64,000 bases of DNA. Origin: Escherichia coli (GTDB lineage: Bacteria > Pseudomonadota > Gammaproteobacteria > Enterobacterales > Enterobacteriaceae). Made by a program: the position numbers and the translations under genes. Location of the stretch: the NCBI RefSeq assembly GCF_024502345.1, contig NZ_JALDNN010000003.1, one strand, 5' to 3'. Of the stretch, positions 1 to 13,196 are shown piece after piece; the first letter of the stretch is position 1; every line of letters starts with the position of its first letter. The notes beneath the pieces are model-generated. The model saw only the letters and a list, made by a program, of their open reading frames with translations, did not search any database and was not told the DNA's origin.

Positions 1-2
1 AA

Positions 3-528
3 AAGCAGCAGTACCGAGCCATTTGGCTGCAAGCACTGGCTAATCACGGTGGAGCCAAGGCAGCCAGGCAAGACGGAGCAGGGGCATGTTACGCCTGGCT
101 CTATCGTCATGACCGACACTGGCTGATGGTTGCGAACCAGGTCAGGCAGCGCCGACAGGGCAACAACAGCCACATCGACTGGCGAGCGCGTGACATAAGG
201 TTGGTGCGCCTGCTGATCCGGATTGGTAGAGGTAGCGAAGAAGACCTGGGCCTTCCGCGCAGGAGTCGCAACTGGTTCCTGCAGCAGCTACCCCATCGGG
301 CATCAGTCGAGCACCGTCTCGATCAATTGCCTCTTTGCTGCACCTTCCTGGATCGCTATGCCGAGTCCGTCGGCGAGTATCAGATCCGTCGCCTGACTGC
401 AGCGATGCTGAAGGATGTACAGACAGGCATAACGTCTAGGCGCTGGGAGCTGGAAAAGCGTTGTGGATTGGAAAAAAGCAGGGTGGCACCACTGACCACT
501 GCGTTCATTCGATTGATAGGAAGATGGA

Positions 529-536
<8 letters not shown>
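3..536 (+). CDS. hypothetical protein, C-terminal part (gene begins upstream of the window)
   Basis: Frame is open from the first bases of the window to TAG at 534-536; no family recognised from the translation. Confidence 0.3.
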
Positions 537-2420
<1,884 letters not shown>

Positions 2421-2604
2421 GTGGCAGTTCGTGGATGCCGTTTCCCGGGTGCACGCGATCCGAGACCACGCGATCAAGCAGGAAAACAAGCACCTGGGCT
2501 TGCCTGACTGACCGCAGGCCGGCGACGACAAGGTGGAAAAGTTCGGCGTGTGGCTCTGGCGGCAACGATCCCGCGAAGGGCGGACGGTGCTTGAGCTGTT
2601 GAAC

Positions 2605-3007
2605 GTAAGCGTGCGGGCAGACCGTCTTGCGCGACTATGCCGGATGCCACCTATGCGGCAGCAGCTCTGCAATCTCACTCGCCCGCTGCGTCGGCAACCG
2701 TGTCAGCACATCCTTGAGATAGGCATACGGATCGTGCCCATTATTACGGGCCGACTGGATCAAACTCATGATCGCAGCAGCGCACTTGAGCATGCGATCC
2801 CGCGCCGAGCATTTGAGAAGGCAACGGGATGAACGCTGGCTGGATAGCCGTGGTTTTCTGGGTATGCAGCCGAATCCATTTGTGGACGAGGTTGGCATTG
2901 AGGCTGTAGCCCAAGGCGATGTTTGCGATGGAGGCACCGGGTTCAGAACACTCCTGAATGACCTGGGCCTTGAAAGATTTGCTGTAGGTACGGCGCTGAG
3001 GGGGCAT
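2605..3007 (-). mobile_element. Internally deleted IS66-family remnant (orfA-like N-terminus plus TnpC C-terminal tail and one terminal repeat)
   Basis: Minus-strand translations: ...RRTYSKSFKAQVIQECSEPGASIANIALGYSLNANLVHKWIR (orfA-like, 2744-3007) and ...SARNNGHDPYAYLKDVLTRLPTQRASEIAELLPHRW (matches C-terminus of the intact IS66-family TnpC at 39863-41455); GTAAGCGTG at 2605 lies 30 bp past the TnpC-tail stop, the same spacing as in the intact copy. Confidence 0.5.
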
Positions 3008-3447
3008 GGAAAATCCGCTTGATGGGCCATGGCCTTCGGCGGCGGTGTCGGGAAGGTGTGTTGGCAGGACGGATACTGTTGAACTACGTTGTCTGGGGCA
3101 ACGGAGGTTTTTCGGCCCGACTCTGGAACGCGATCCGCAGCGACGACTGGGCAATTCCGCACATTGGCCTGAGCAGCCTCGGGGAAATCGTCGGCTGGGC
3201 GCGCCCAGACGAGTTTCCGCCAAGGAACATGCGCACGAGCAAGGGGCTGCGGGCGCTCGGTTACAACGTGAGGATCGGTGTTTGATCTGCGGCCGTGGGC
3301 GGCGCCCGCAAGGTCCCGATCAACCCACCGTCCCCTGCGCCGGACCGGCCCGCCCTGGCATACCGTCCTTGAAGATTTGAGTCACATCAATCGGCCAGCA
3401 GATCGCTGGATGTTGACTCTTGACTTTTGGCATATTAGGCGCAATAT

Positions 3448-3465
3448 CTTGCAAAGTCTTGCAAG
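3448..3465. promoter_or_regulatory. Tandem palindromic TTGCAA hexamers upstream of the HTH regulator gene (candidate operator)
   Basis: cTTGCAAagtcTTGCAAg about 50 bp upstream of the regulator start; TTGACT -35-like hexamers at 3410-3424. Confidence 0.25.
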
Positions 3466-3512
3466 AACTTCCTCAGGCGAGGCCGCGTGACGACGGAACT
3501 TGTGGGGGTGGT

Positions 3513-3794
3513 ATGACAGCGCGCCAGCAGGCGATCTTCACACTCGACGAGTTGGCTACCTACTTAAAGGTCGGCAAGCGGACGCTCTACCGGCTCGCCG
3601 CGCACGGGGAGATTCCGGCCTTCAAGGTCGGCGGGACGTGGCGGTTTCGTCAAAGTGAAATCGATCGATGGATCAATGATCAGATCCAAGCAGGCAGAAA
3701 GAAGGAGGTGATACGTACAGATGAGCAGCCGAAGTCAGCGAAACATCCCGTGTTGCCTGGGCGCGCTATCCATAGCCGCAGGCAAACGGAGTGA
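3513..3794 (+). CDS. Excisionase/MerR-like helix-turn-helix DNA-binding protein (first gene of the heat-resistance locus)
   Basis: MTARQQAIFTLDELATYLKVGKRTLYRLAAHGEIPAFKVGGTWRFRQSEIDRWI is a typical excisionase-family HTH; GGTGG upstream of the ATG. Confidence 0.75.
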   Translation: MTARQQAIFTLDELATYLKVGKRTLYRLAAHGEIPAFKVGGTWRFRQSEIDRWINDQIQAGRKKEVIRTDEQPKSAKHPVLPGRAIHSRRQTE

Positions 3795-3829
3795 GCGAGA
3801 GTCTTCAATTTTTGTTCTGGAGGTGTGAC

Positions 3830-4399
3830 ATGGACATTGATTTCAAGAAGTTGGCTCCCTGGAACTGGTTCAAGAAGGAGCAGGAAGAACAACAGAGCAC
3901 TGCCTCGCTGCCGGTGCAGCGCAATGACCTGCCGGTAGCGGGTGGGCCCGTCAGTCCCATCCTGCAATTGCACCGCGAGATCGACCGCCTCTTCGACGAC
4001 ACGTTTCGAGGCTTCGGCTTTCCGGCGCTGGCCATGCCACGCTGGCCGTCGGACTGGCCGGGCCTGCTGAAGCCGGCGCTGGACATCCAGGAGACCGACA
4101 AGCAGTACAAGATTTCTTTGGAGGTTCCCGGCGTCGAGGAAAAAGACATCCATATCACGCTCGACAACGACGTGCTGCTGGTTCGCGGTGAAAAGCGTCA
4201 GGAGCAGGAAAGCAAAGACGGCGGTTTCCACCGGGTGGAGCGCTCCTACGGCAGCTTTCAGCGCGCTCTGAACCTGCCGACCGATGCCAACCAGGACACG
4301 ATCAAGGCCGCTTTCAAGAACGGCGTACTCACGATCACAATGGAAAAGCGCGAGGCCAGTGCGCCCAAGCAGGGCCGCTCGATCCCGATCAACGGCTGA
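3830..4399 (+). CDS. hsp20: Small heat-shock protein, Hsp20 family (alpha-crystallin domain)
   Basis: GGAGG RBS 6 nt before ATG; translation has the alpha-crystallin core (DIQETDKQYKISLEVPGVEEKDIHITLDNDVLLVRGEK...GVLTITMEK). Confidence 0.9.
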   Translation: MDIDFKKLAPWNWFKKEQEEQQSTASLPVQRNDLPVAGGPVSPILQLHREIDRLFDDTFRGFGFPALAMPRWPSDWPGLLKPALDIQETDKQYKISLEVPGVEEKDIHITLDNDVLLVRGEKRQEQESKDGGFHRVERSYGSFQRALNLPTDANQDTIKAAFKNGVLTITMEKREASAPKQGRSIPING

Positions 4400-4440
4400 C
4401 GCCGATCGGCTTGTTCTCTACAGAAAAACCAAGTGAATGG

Positions 4441-4467
4441 CGAGGCGCCGTGACCTTCGGCGCCTCG
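4441..4467 (+). other. Perfect 10-bp stem-loop between hsp20 and clpK (possible attenuator or processing site)
   Basis: CGAGGCGCCG-tgacctt-CGGCGCCTCG, 30 bp upstream of the clpK RBS. Confidence 0.4.
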
Positions 4468-4496
4468 TCAAATCAGTCCTCTCAAGGAGCATGAGC

Positions 4497-7346
4497 ATGG
4501 CCAGAAAACAATGCCAGGTCTGCGGCCAGCCCGCCACGGTGCGGGTGGAAGCCAATCTCAATGGTCGCCACAGCACCATGCTGTTGTGTGACGATCACTA
4601 TCGCCAACTGGCGCGCCAGCAAAAGCGCACCGTCTCGCCGCTGGAAGCCTTGTTTGGCTCGCGCAGCGGCTTGTTCGAAGACTTCCTCGGCAGCGACTTC
4701 TTCCGCATCGGTGACGATTCGCCGTCCATGGCGGCCGATACCGACGAGGTGGTCGATGCCTCGTTCGGCGAACCCGCCCCGGCCGGTACGGGCACTGCGC
4801 GCCGTCGCGGCAGTGGGCTCGCCAGCCGTATCAGCGAACAGTCCGAGGCCCTATTGCAGGAGGCCGCCCGACACGCTGCAGAGTTCGGGCGCGCCGAAGT
4901 CGATACCGAACACCTGCTGCTGGCGCTATCCGACAGCGACGTGGTGAAGACCATCCTGGGACAGTTCAAGATCAAGGTCGATGACCTCAAGCGACAGATC
5001 GAATCCGAAGCCAAGCGCGGCGAGAAGCCGTTCGAGGGCGAAGTCGGCGTGTCGCCCCGGGTCAAGGACGCGCTCAGCCGCGCTTTCGTGGCCTCCAACG
5101 AACTCGGCCACTCTTATGTCGGGCCGGAGCATTTCCTGATCGGGCTCGCTGAGGAAGGCGAAGGTTTGGCGGCCAACCTGCTGCGCCGTTACGGCCTCAC
5201 GCCGCAAGCGCTGCGCCAGCAGGTAAGCAAGGTGGTCGGCAAAGGGGCCGAGGATGGCCGCGCCGAGACGCCGACCAACACGCCCGAGCTGGATAAATAC
5301 TCGCGCGACCTCACCAAGATGGCGCGCGAGGGCAAACTCGATCCAGTCATCGGCCGTGCGCAGGAGATCGAGACCACCATCGAGGTGCTGGCCCGGCGCA
5401 AGAAAAACAACCCGGTGTTGATCGGTGAGCCCGGCGTCGGCAAGACCGCCATTGTCGAAGGGCTGGCGCAGCGCATGGTCGCCGGTGAAGTGCCCGAGAC
5501 GCTGCGCGACAAGCGTCTGGTCGAGCTCAACATCAACGCCATGGTGGCAGGCGCCAAGTATCGCGGCGAGTTCGAGGAGCGCGTGCAGAAGGTGCTCAAG
5601 GAAGTGACCGAGCACCAGGGCGAGATGATTCTCTTCATCGATGAAGTGCACACCATCGTCGGTGCAGGCCAGGGTGGCGGCGAAGGCGGGCTGGACGTGG
5701 CCAACGTGTTCAAGCCGATGATGGCGCGCGGCGAACTGAACCTGATCGGCGCCACCACGCTCAACGAGTATCAGAAGTACATCGAGAAGGACGCCGCGCT
5801 GGAGCGTCGTTTCCAGCCGGTGATGGTGCCCGAGCCGACGGTAGCGCAGACCATGATGATCCTGCGCGGCCTGCGCGACACCTTCGAGGCGCACCACAAG
5901 GTCAGCATCACCGAGGATGCGATCATCGCCGCCGCCGAGTTGTCGGACCGCTACATCACCGCGCGCTTTTTGCCTGACAAGGCCATCGACCTGCTTGACC
6001 AGGCGGCCGCACGCGTGAAGCTGTCGGCCACGGCTCGCCCGGTGGCGGTGCAGGAGCTGGAGTCCGAACTGCACCAGTTGCGGCGTGAGCAGGACTACAT
6101 GGCCTCGCGCAAGCAGTACGACAAGGCCGCCGAGCTGGGCAAGCGCATCGAGGCCAAGGAGACTGAACTCAAGCAGCTCGTCGAGGAATGGGAACGCGAG
6201 CGCGCCTCGGGCAGCGCCGAAGTCAAGGCCGAGCATGTCGCGCAGATCGTCTCGCGCCTGACCGGCATTCCGGTCAACGAGCTGACGGTGGAAGAACGCG
6301 AGAAGCTGCTGCATCTGGAGCAGCGGCTGCATGAGCGCCTGGTGGGCCAGGACGAAGCGGTGCGCGCGGTGGCCGATGCCGTGCGGTTGTCGCGCGCGGG
6401 CCTGCGCGAAGGCGACAAGCCGGTGGCGACTTTCCTGTTCCTTGGGCCGACCGGCGTGGGCAAGACCGAGCTCGCCAAGGCGCTGGCCGAGTCCATCTAT
6501 GGCGATGAAGGTGCGCTGCTGCGCATCGACATGTCCGAGTACGGGGAACGCCATGCCGTGGCACGCCTGGTGGGCGCGCCTCCGGGTTATGTGGGCTATG
6601 ACGAGGGCGGCCAGCTCACCGAGAAGGTGCGTCGCAAGCCCTACAGCGTGTTGCTGCTCGATGAGATCGAAAAAGCGCACCCCGACGTCTACAACATCCT
6701 GCTGCAGGTGTTCGACGACGGGCGGCTCACCGACGGCAAGGGCCGGGTGGTGGATTTCACCAATACCATCATCATCGCCACCTCGAACCTGGGCTCGGAC
6801 ATCATCCAGCGTCGGCTGAAGGCCGGTGGCGCCGCCGGCGAGGAATACGAGAAGACCAAGTCCGAGGTGATGGACGTGCTGCGCGGACACTTCCGCCCCG
6901 AGTTCATCAACCGCATCGACGAGATCATCGTCTTCCATGCGCTGGGCAAGGAGGAAATCCGCCATATCGTCGGCCTGCAGCTTGATCGTGTGGCCCGCAA
7001 CGCCGCCAGCCAGGGCGTGACGCTGACCTTCGATCAGACCTTGATCGACCACTTCGCGGAGGAAGGCTACAAGCCCGAGTTCGGCGCGCGTGAGCTCAAG
7101 CGGCTGATCCGCAGCGAGCTGGAAACCGCGCTGGCGCGCGAGATGCTGGGTGGCGGTATCGGCAAGGGTGATCACGCCAACGCCCGCTGGGACGACAAGG
7201 CCGAACGGGTGGTCTTCGAGCGCCAGGAGCCACCCGCGAAGTCGGCTGAGCCTGAAAAGCCCGATGCCGCGGACGTGGCCGAGGCACCGCCTGGCGACGC
7301 GAGCAAGCCTGCGCGCAAGAAGAAGTCAGCGGATGGCGAATCTTGA
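4497..7346 (+). CDS. clpK: ClpK/ClpG-type Clp ATPase disaggregase with N-terminal zinc-finger extension
   Basis: AAGGAG RBS; N-terminus [38 protein letters not shown] (Cys4 motif) followed by two AAA+ modules ([13 protein letters not shown]...; [19 protein letters not shown]...) as in ClpB/ClpK. Confidence 0.9.
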   Translation: MARKQCQVCGQPATVRVEANLNGRHSTMLLCDDHYRQLARQQKRTVSPLEALFGSRSGLFEDFLGSDFFRIGDDSPSMAADTDEVVDASFGEPAPAGTGTARRRGSGLASRISEQSEALLQEAARHAAEFGRAEVDTEHLLLALSDSDVVKTILGQFKIKVDDLKRQIESEAKRGEKPFEGEVGVSPRVKDALSRAFVASNELGHSYVGPEHFLIGLAEEGEGLAANLLRRYGLTPQALRQQVSKVVGKGAEDGRAETPTNTPELDKYSRDLTKMAREGKLDPVIGRAQEIETTIEVLARRKKNNPVLIGEPGVGKTAIVEGLAQRMVAGEVPETLRDKRLVELNINAMVAGAKYRGEFEERVQKVLKEVTEHQGEMILFIDEVHTIVGAGQGGGEGGLDVANVFKPMMARGELNLIGATTLNEYQKYIEKDAALERRFQPVMVPEPTVAQTMMILRGLRDTFEAHHKVSITEDAIIAAAELSDRYITARFLPDKAIDLLDQAAARVKLSATARPVAVQELESELHQLRREQDYMASRKQYDKAAELGKRIEAKETELKQLVEEWERERASGSAEVKAEHVAQIVSRLTGIPVNELTVEEREKLLHLEQRLHERLVGQDEAVRAVADAVRLSRAGLREGDKPVATFLFLGPTGVGKTELAKALAESIYGDEGALLRIDMSEYGERHAVARLVGAPPGYVGYDEGGQLTEKVRRKPYSVLLLDEIEKAHPDVYNILLQVFDDGRLTDGKGRVVDFTNTIIIATSNLGSDIIQRRLKAGGAAGEEYEKTKSEVMDVLRGHFRPEFINRIDEIIVFHALGKEEIRHIVGLQLDRVARNAASQGVTLTFDQTLIDHFAEEGYKPEFGARELKRLIRSELETALAREMLGGGIGKGDHANARWDDKAERVVFERQEPPAKSAEPEKPDAADVAEAPPGDASKPARKKKSADGES

Positions 7347-8793
7347 GCGATGGGAGGCTGTCGTGTCCGACCCCAATGGGCTGACATGGGCAGCCACCCT
7401 CGTGTCGCTGGCGGTCGCTATCCCCACAGCGGGGCATGCGGTCATCTACAAGCGTGACCCTCGATCGGCCACGCTGTGGGTACTGCTGATCGCCTTGCTG
7501 CCGCTGGGCGGTTCGCTGCTGTATGGGCTGTTCGGCATCAACCGTTACCAGCGGCGGGCGCGGCGGCTCTTCCCGGGGGCAGATCCTGCTGTTCGGCAGG
7601 ATCTCTCGCCCACGATACCCGAGGCTGTATCGCCGCCACTTGCCGGTCTGGCCCACCTGGTGGGACGCGCCACCGGCCAGTCGCTGACCGGCGGCAACCG
7701 CATCGAGCCGCTTGTCGATGGCGAGCAGGCCTACCCGGCCATGCTCGCCGCCATCGAATCGGCGCGGTACAGCGTCGCCTTGACCTCGTACATCTTCGAC
7801 AGCCAAGGTATCGGGGCGCAGTTCGTCGATGCGCTGCGCCGGGCTCATGAGCGCGGCGTGCAAGTGCGGGTGCTGATCGACGACGTGTATGCCCGCTGGA
7901 CGCCCCGCAGCGCCTACCGCGCCTTGCAGCGCGCCGGCGTTCCGGCGGCGACGTTCAACCCTACATTGATTCCCGCGCGCCTGCATGCCGCGCATCTGCG
8001 CAATCACCGCAAGCTGCTGGTGATCGATGGCGAGACGGGTTTCACCGGCGGATTGAACATCTTCAGCCCGTACTGGCGGCCCGATGCGCCGGACCAGGCC
8101 TGTCACGATTTGCACTTTCGTCTGCGCGGGCCGGTGATTGCGCATCTGATGCGGTGCTTCACCGATGATTGGTGCGATACCACGGGCGAGCGGCTCAGCA
8201 AGGGTTACTGGGGCGAACCGCCCGTAACGGCTGATGAGCAAGGAACCTCTTGGGCGCGCGGCATCGAGGCCGGTCCCGATGAGGCCCTGGACCGGATGCG
8301 CTGGACCTTCATGGGCGCTTTGAGCGCCGCGAAGCATTCGGTGCGCATCTGGACACCTTACTTCGTCCCCGATCAGCCGATGATCGCGGCGCTAAGCACG
8401 GCCGCGTTGCGCGGCGTGCGTATCGACGTGCTGACGCCCGCAAACGGCGACCATCCCACGGTGCAATGGGCCGCGCGCGCCCACTACTGGCAGGTGCTGG
8501 AGCACGGTGTGCGCATCTTCGAACGGCCTGGCCCGTTCGACCACAGCAAGCTGATGCTGGTAGACGGAGCGTGGTGCTGCCTGGGTTCGGCCAATTGGGA
8601 TGCACGCAGTTTGCGCCTCAACTTCGAGTTCAATGTGGAGGTGTACGACACCGCGTTGTCTACGCGGCTGTCATCCCTTTTTGATGCCGCTCGTGATGCG
8701 TCGGGCGAGATATCGGCGAAGGCGTTGCGCGCCCGCCCGCTGGCCATCCGCTTGCGCGACGGGGTGGCCCGTCTGTTCACCCCCATTCTCTAG
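7333..8793 (+). CDS. cls: Cardiolipin synthase / phospholipase-D family protein (two HKD motifs)
   Basis: ATG overlaps the clpK stop; HKD motifs HLRNHRKLLVIDGETGFTGGLN and FDHSKLMLVDGAWCCLGSANWD; N-terminal hydrophobic segment. Confidence 0.8.
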   Translation: MANLERWEAVVSDPNGLTWAATLVSLAVAIPTAGHAVIYKRDPRSATLWVLLIALLPLGGSLLYGLFGINRYQRRARRLFPGADPAVRQDLSPTIPEAVSPPLAGLAHLVGRATGQSLTGGNRIEPLVDGEQAYPAMLAAIESARYSVALTSYIFDSQGIGAQFVDALRRAHERGVQVRVLIDDVYARWTPRSAYRALQRAGVPAATFNPTLIPARLHAAHLRNHRKLLVIDGETGFTGGLNIFSPYWRPDAPDQACHDLHFRLRGPVIAHLMRCFTDDWCDTTGERLSKGYWGEPPVTADEQGTSWARGIEAGPDEALDRMRWTFMGALSAAKHSVRIWTPYFVPDQPMIAALSTAALRGVRIDVLTPANGDHPTVQWAARAHYWQVLEHGVRIFERPGPFDHSKLMLVDGAWCCLGSANWDARSLRLNFEFNVEVYDTALSTRLSSLFDAARDASGEISAKALRARPLAIRLRDGVARLFTPIL

Positions 8794-8820
8794 CGACACG
8801 ACTTGCGAGGAACATTGCCC

Positions 8821-10650
8821 ATGGAAAAGAAAGATCAATGGAACATAGGCTACTGGATCGTCGCCGGCCTGTTGCTGCTGACGCTGCAGAACTACTGGCA
8901 GGCGGCCAAGACCGTCGAGCCCGTGCCCTACAGCGAATTCGAGAAGGCGCTGGCCGAGGGGCGCGTCGCCGAAGTGCTGGTGTCGGACCGCACGGTCACC
9001 GGGCACCTGAAATCGCCGGACAGCCGGGGCAAGACCACCATCGTGGCCACCCGTGTCGAACCCGACCTGGCCGAGCGGCTGTCCAAGTACGACGTGCCCT
9101 ATGCGCGGGTGGTGGAAAGCACCTGGCTGCGTGATGTGCTCTCCTGGATTCTGCCGGCGGTGGCCTTCTTCGGCGTCTGGTTCTTCCTGTTCCGCCGCTT
9201 CGCCGAGAAGCAGGGCATGGGTGGCTTCCTGAGCATCGGCAAGAGCCGTGCCAAGGTATTCATGGAGAAGAACACTGGCGTGACCTTTGCCGATGTCGCT
9301 GGCGTCGATGAAGCCAAGGCGGAGTTGGTTGAGATCGTCGATTTCCTCAAGAATCCGCAGGAGTATGGACGGCTCGGGGCGCGCATTCCCAAGGGCGTGT
9401 TGCTGGTCGGCCCACCGGGCACCGGCAAGACATTGCTGGCCAAGGCTGTTGCCGGCGAGGCGGCGGTGCCCTTCTTCTCCATCTCCGGATCAGAGTTTGT
9501 CGAGATGTTCGTCGGCGTGGGTGCAGCGCGCGTGCGCGACCTGTTCGAGCAGGCCCGCGGGCAGGCGCCGGCCATCATCTTCATCGACGAGCTCGATGCG
9601 CTGGGCCGCGCGCGCGGCGTCGGCGGCCCCATCGGCGGCCACGACGAGCGCGAGCAGACCCTCAACCAGCTGCTCACGGAGATGGACGGCTTCGACAGCT
9701 CGGTCGGGCTGATCATCCTCGCCGCCACCAACCGCCCCGAAATCCTCGACCAGGCGCTGCTGCGCGCCGGTCGCTTCGACCGTCAGGTGCTGGTGGACCG
9801 GCCCGACAAGAAGGGACGGCTGGACATCCTGAAAGTCCACGTCAAGAAGGTGACGCTGGCTCAGGATATCGATCTCGAACAGGTGGCTGCGCTGACCACG
9901 GGCTTTTCGGGTGCAGACCTCGCGAACCTGGTCAACGAGGCCGCGCTGGCCGCGACCCGGCGCAAAGCGTCCGCCGTGGAGTTGCAGGATTTCACCGCCG
10001 CCATCGAGCGCATCGTGGCGGGCCTGGAGAAGAAGAACCGCGTGCTCAATCCCAAGGAGCGGGAAACCGTGGCCTATCACGAGATGGGCCATGCGCTGGT
10101 GGCGCTGGCGCTGCCCGGCACCGACCCCGTGCACAAGATCTCGATCATCCCGCGCGGCATCGGCGCGCTGGGCTACACGCTGCAACGCCCCACCGAAGAC
10201 CGCTTCCTGATGACGCGCGCCGATCTGGAACACAAGATCGCCGTGCTGCTGGGCGGTCGTGCGGCCGAGAAGCTCGTGTTCGGCGAGCTGTCCACCGGGG
10301 CTGCCGATGACCTCGCACGGGCCACCGACATTGCCCGCGACATGATCACCCGCTTTGGCATGGACGAAGGACTGGGCTACATCGCCTTCGAGGCGCAGCG
10401 GCCACGCTTTCTCGATACACCGGAACTGGCCCACGGCGGCTGCCGGGTGGCCGAATCGACCCAGGCGCGCATCGATCAGGCCATCCGCGACATCGTGATG
10501 GGCGTGTTCGAGCGCGCCTACCGGATCCTCGACACCAACCGCGCGGTGCTGGAGCGTTGTGCGCGCGAACTGCTGGCGCGGGAAACGCTCGACGAGAACG
10601 ACATCCTTCAATTGACCCAAGGACTTGTTCTAGATAGAAACGAAAAGTAG
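8821..10650 (+). CDS. ftsH: FtsH-family ATP-dependent zinc metalloprotease
   Basis: N-terminal TM helices, AAA module ([26 protein letters not shown]), zinc site HEMGHALVA. Confidence 0.9.
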   Translation: MEKKDQWNIGYWIVAGLLLLTLQNYWQAAKTVEPVPYSEFEKALAEGRVAEVLVSDRTVTGHLKSPDSRGKTTIVATRVEPDLAERLSKYDVPYARVVESTWLRDVLSWILPAVAFFGVWFFLFRRFAEKQGMGGFLSIGKSRAKVFMEKNTGVTFADVAGVDEAKAELVEIVDFLKNPQEYGRLGARIPKGVLLVGPPGTGKTLLAKAVAGEAAVPFFSISGSEFVEMFVGVGAARVRDLFEQARGQAPAIIFIDELDALGRARGVGGPIGGHDEREQTLNQLLTEMDGFDSSVGLIILAATNRPEILDQALLRAGRFDRQVLVDRPDKKGRLDILKVHVKKVTLAQDIDLEQVAALTTGFSGADLANLVNEAALAATRRKASAVELQDFTAAIERIVAGLEKKNRVLNPKERETVAYHEMGHALVALALPGTDPVHKISIIPRGIGALGYTLQRPTEDRFLMTRADLEHKIAVLLGGRAAEKLVFGELSTGAADDLARATDIARDMITRFGMDEGLGYIAFEAQRPRFLDTPELAHGGCRVAESTQARIDQAIRDIVMGVFERAYRILDTNRAVLERCARELLARETLDENDILQLTQGLVLDRNEK

Positions 10651-10728
10651 TAGGCGCTATTCAGAGTGAGCCGGCGGCTCTGTTCGGTGCGTCATCCAAT
10701 TCGCCGGCATTGTTCAAGGAGAACCGAT

Positions 10729-11187
10729 ATGTCTGCATTGACTCCGTGGGACCCCTTCCGGGAACTGGATGAATTGCAAAACCGCCTGGCGACGATGTTG
10801 GGACGGACACCCCAGCGACAGGGCGCCCGTACCGGCAACGAAGCCCTGACCACGGCGGACTGGGCACCAATGGTGGACATCAGCGAGGATGAGAACGCAT
10901 TCCTCCTCAAGCTGGATCTGCCGGAGGTCCCCAAGGATGCCGTGCGCGTCAGCGCGGAAAACGGCGTGCTCACCATCAGCGGCGAGCGCAAACTGGAAAA
11001 AGAGGAGCAGGGCAAGAAATTCCACCGCATCGAACGTGCGTATGGCCGCTTTGTGCGCAGCTTTGTCTTACCTGACAACGTTGATCCGACCAAGGTGACG
11101 GCTTCGATGAAAGACGGCGTGCTGGAAGTGCGGCTTGTCAAGGCCGAGCAAGCCAAGCCGAAGCAGATTGAAATTTCAGTCAATTAA
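10729..11187 (+). CDS. Small heat-shock protein (Hsp20/IbpA-like)
   Basis: AGGAGA RBS; alpha-crystallin domain (DISEDENAFLLKLDLPEVPKDAVRVSAENGVLTISGERK). Confidence 0.9.
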   Translation: MSALTPWDPFRELDELQNRLATMLGRTPQRQGARTGNEALTTADWAPMVDISEDENAFLLKLDLPEVPKDAVRVSAENGVLTISGERKLEKEEQGKKFHRIERAYGRFVRSFVLPDNVDPTKVTASMKDGVLEVRLVKAEQAKPKQIEISVN

Positions 11188-11208
11188 CTTCAATTGGAGT
11201 CCAACATC

Positions 11209-12117
11209 ATGAATATCAAACAGCCCCAATACATCCGTTCCGCACTTGCCCTGGCGGTCTGCATCGGACTGAGTGGACCGGTTTTGGCCCAATCGGCGGC
11301 AAGTCCAAGCGCTGCAGCGCCCTCTGTCGCACCCAAGGCGGCGCAGCCACAAGTAGACGACAAGGCCGCCCAGGAAGCCGAAAAAAAGCGTTCCGAGCTC
11401 ACTCAGGACGCCATCACGGCGCTCACCAAGACCCAGGAGGCTTTGACCCTCCTTGATGCAAATAAGACCAAGGAGGCGCTCGCTGCGCTGGAACTGGCCA
11501 CCGGAAAGCTGGAACTGGTATTGGCACGCGACGCCAAACTTGCTTTGGCGCCGGTCGATGTACGCGTCATCACCCATGATATCCACGCCAACGTGGAATC
11601 GGTAAAGAAAGCGGTCAAGTTGTCTCGGGAGTTGTTGGGTGATGGCGAGGTGCAAAAGGCCCGGCCCATCGTTGCCAATCTGGCCAGCGAAATCGTGATC
11701 GAAACCGACAACCTGCCCATGGCAACGTACCCGGCAGCGATCAAGTCGGCTGCACGGCTCGTCGACAGCGGCAAGATCGACGAAGCCAAAGCAGAGCTCG
11801 CCCGAGCACTGAACACGCTGGTGGTCACCCAAGTTGTACTCCCTCTGCCCGTGCTACGGGCCGAAGCCGCGATAGCAAAAGCTGAAAAGCTGGCCGAGAC
11901 TGACAAGCGCGATGCCAAGCAGAACGAGGAGCTCAGCACCTTGCTGTCGTCCGTGCGCACGGAGATCGAGCTGGCGCAAATCCTGGGTTATGGCAAGAAG
12001 GAGGACTTCAAACCCATCTTCGATCAGGTGAAGTCCATTGAGCAAAAGTCGGCTGGTGGCAAAAGCGGCAATGGATGGTTCGACGAGTTGAAGACGCGCA
12101 TCCAAAAGCTGTTTTGA
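11209..12117 (+). CDS. yfdX: YfdX-family periplasmic protein (copy 1)
   Basis: Signal-peptide-like N-terminus (MNIKQPQYIRSALALAVCIGLSGPVLAQSA); repeat architecture shared with the next ORF. Confidence 0.75.
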   Translation: MNIKQPQYIRSALALAVCIGLSGPVLAQSAASPSAAAPSVAPKAAQPQVDDKAAQEAEKKRSELTQDAITALTKTQEALTLLDANKTKEALAALELATGKLELVLARDAKLALAPVDVRVITHDIHANVESVKKAVKLSRELLGDGEVQKARPIVANLASEIVIETDNLPMATYPAAIKSAARLVDSGKIDEAKAELARALNTLVVTQVVLPLPVLRAEAAIAKAEKLAETDKRDAKQNEELSTLLSSVRTEIELAQILGYGKKEDFKPIFDQVKSIEQKSAGGKSGNGWFDELKTRIQKLF

Positions 12118-12219
12118 GGTGATGAAGGGGCCGACTGCTCCATCGGTCAGTCTCGCGATATTCGCAGTCGGCCCCAATAGATTCCCCTATTTTCACTATC
12201 TCATACGAGGCATATCACC

Positions 12220-13107
12220 ATGAATGAGCAAACATCGAATCCCAACGCGATCAACGAAGGCACGAACGAACAGGCCGCGGTAAGCAGCCTTCCTGCCAGA
12301 CCAGAGCCCAAGCCTGAAGTCGTCACGGAGGTACAGCCTGAGGTTCAGAAGGAAACGGACTCGCAGGCGGCAGACAAACGTAAACAAGTCCTCGATGAGG
12401 CCGTCTCGGCCTTGGCGCTGACCAAATCAGCGCTGGCGGCCCTGGACGAAAAAGAATCCGCGCGAGCACTGGCAACGCTGGCCGAAGTGACGGGAAAGCT
12501 GGAGCTGATCGTTGCACGCGAACCCACGCTCGCCCTGGCCCCCGTTGATGTGCGCACCATCGTGCACGACTTGTTCGCCAACACGGAAACCATTGAGGCG
12601 ATGACCGACGAGGCGCTGGATGCCCTCAAACATGGCGAGGTGCAACAGGCTCGCCACGTGCTGGCTTTGCTGGCCAGTGAAATCGTGATCACGGTCACCA
12701 ACATCCCTCTGGCGTCCTATCCCGCAGCCGTGAAGGCAGTCGTGCCGCTGATCGATCAGGGCAAGATCGAAGAAGCCAAAGCCGCGCTGCAGTCAGCGCT
12801 CAGCACGCTGGTCGAGGAGCGCAGCGTGCTTCCGCTGCCCGTCCTGCGTGCGAAGCTGCTCCTGAAGCGCGCCGAGCCTCTGGTAGAAGATGGTCAGCGC
12901 AGCGAAGCATCCAATGAGCGCCTGGAGACATTGTTGAACGAAGCCCGGCAGCAGTTGGAAATGGCAGAACTGCTGGGCTATGGAAAAAGGAAGGACTTTG
13001 AGCCCCTGTACGCTGAACTCAAGAAAATCAAGGAAAAGACGGGAGGGGGAGGCTTCGGAAAAGGCTGGCTCGATGAAGTCAAGGCAAAACTGTCCAGGTT
13101 GTTCTGA
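12220..13107 (+). CDS. yfdX: YfdX-family protein (copy 2)
   Basis: Paralogous to the preceding ORF (shared ...GKLELxxAR(D/E)xxLALAPVDVRxIxHD...LLGYGKxxDFxP...). Confidence 0.75.
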   Translation: MNEQTSNPNAINEGTNEQAAVSSLPARPEPKPEVVTEVQPEVQKETDSQAADKRKQVLDEAVSALALTKSALAALDEKESARALATLAEVTGKLELIVAREPTLALAPVDVRTIVHDLFANTETIEAMTDEALDALKHGEVQQARHVLALLASEIVITVTNIPLASYPAAVKAVVPLIDQGKIEEAKAALQSALSTLVEERSVLPLPVLRAKLLLKRAEPLVEDGQRSEASNERLETLLNEARQQLEMAELLGYGKRKDFEPLYAELKKIKEKTGGGGFGKGWLDEVKAKLSRLF

Positions 13108-13115
13108 AACCGCTG

Positions 13116-13142
13116 GAGAGGGGGCGCATAGTGCCCCCTCTC
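13116..13142 (+). terminator. Stem-loop downstream of yfdX copy 2 (candidate terminator)
   Basis: GAGAGGGGGC-gcatagt-GCCCCCTCTC perfect 10-bp stem; T-rich tract follows only after about 20 nt. Confidence 0.45.
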
Positions 13143-13196
13143 TTGTCCCATGAGTGTTTGATTTTTTATTTTGTATAGATCTTTAGGAGATATTGC

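Noticed and set aside
3420-3512. Upstream extension of the HTH regulator ORF from a TTG codon
   Set aside because: The region contains promoter-like and operator-like sequence; the ATG at 3513 follows a purine-rich RBS and gives a compact HTH protein.
4926-7175. 749-aa ORF on the minus strand
   Set aside because: Lies entirely antisense to clpK, whose translation has unmistakable AAA+ motifs; long antisense ORFs are expected in high-GC coding DNA.
7096-8337. 413-aa ORF on the minus strand
   Set aside because: Antisense to the clpK 3' end and the cardiolipin synthase gene; Arg/Ala/Pro-rich low-complexity translation typical of GC-rich antisense frames.
9490-10620. 376-aa ORF on the minus strand
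   Set aside because: Antisense to ftsH; no motifs; the ftsH frame is strongly supported.
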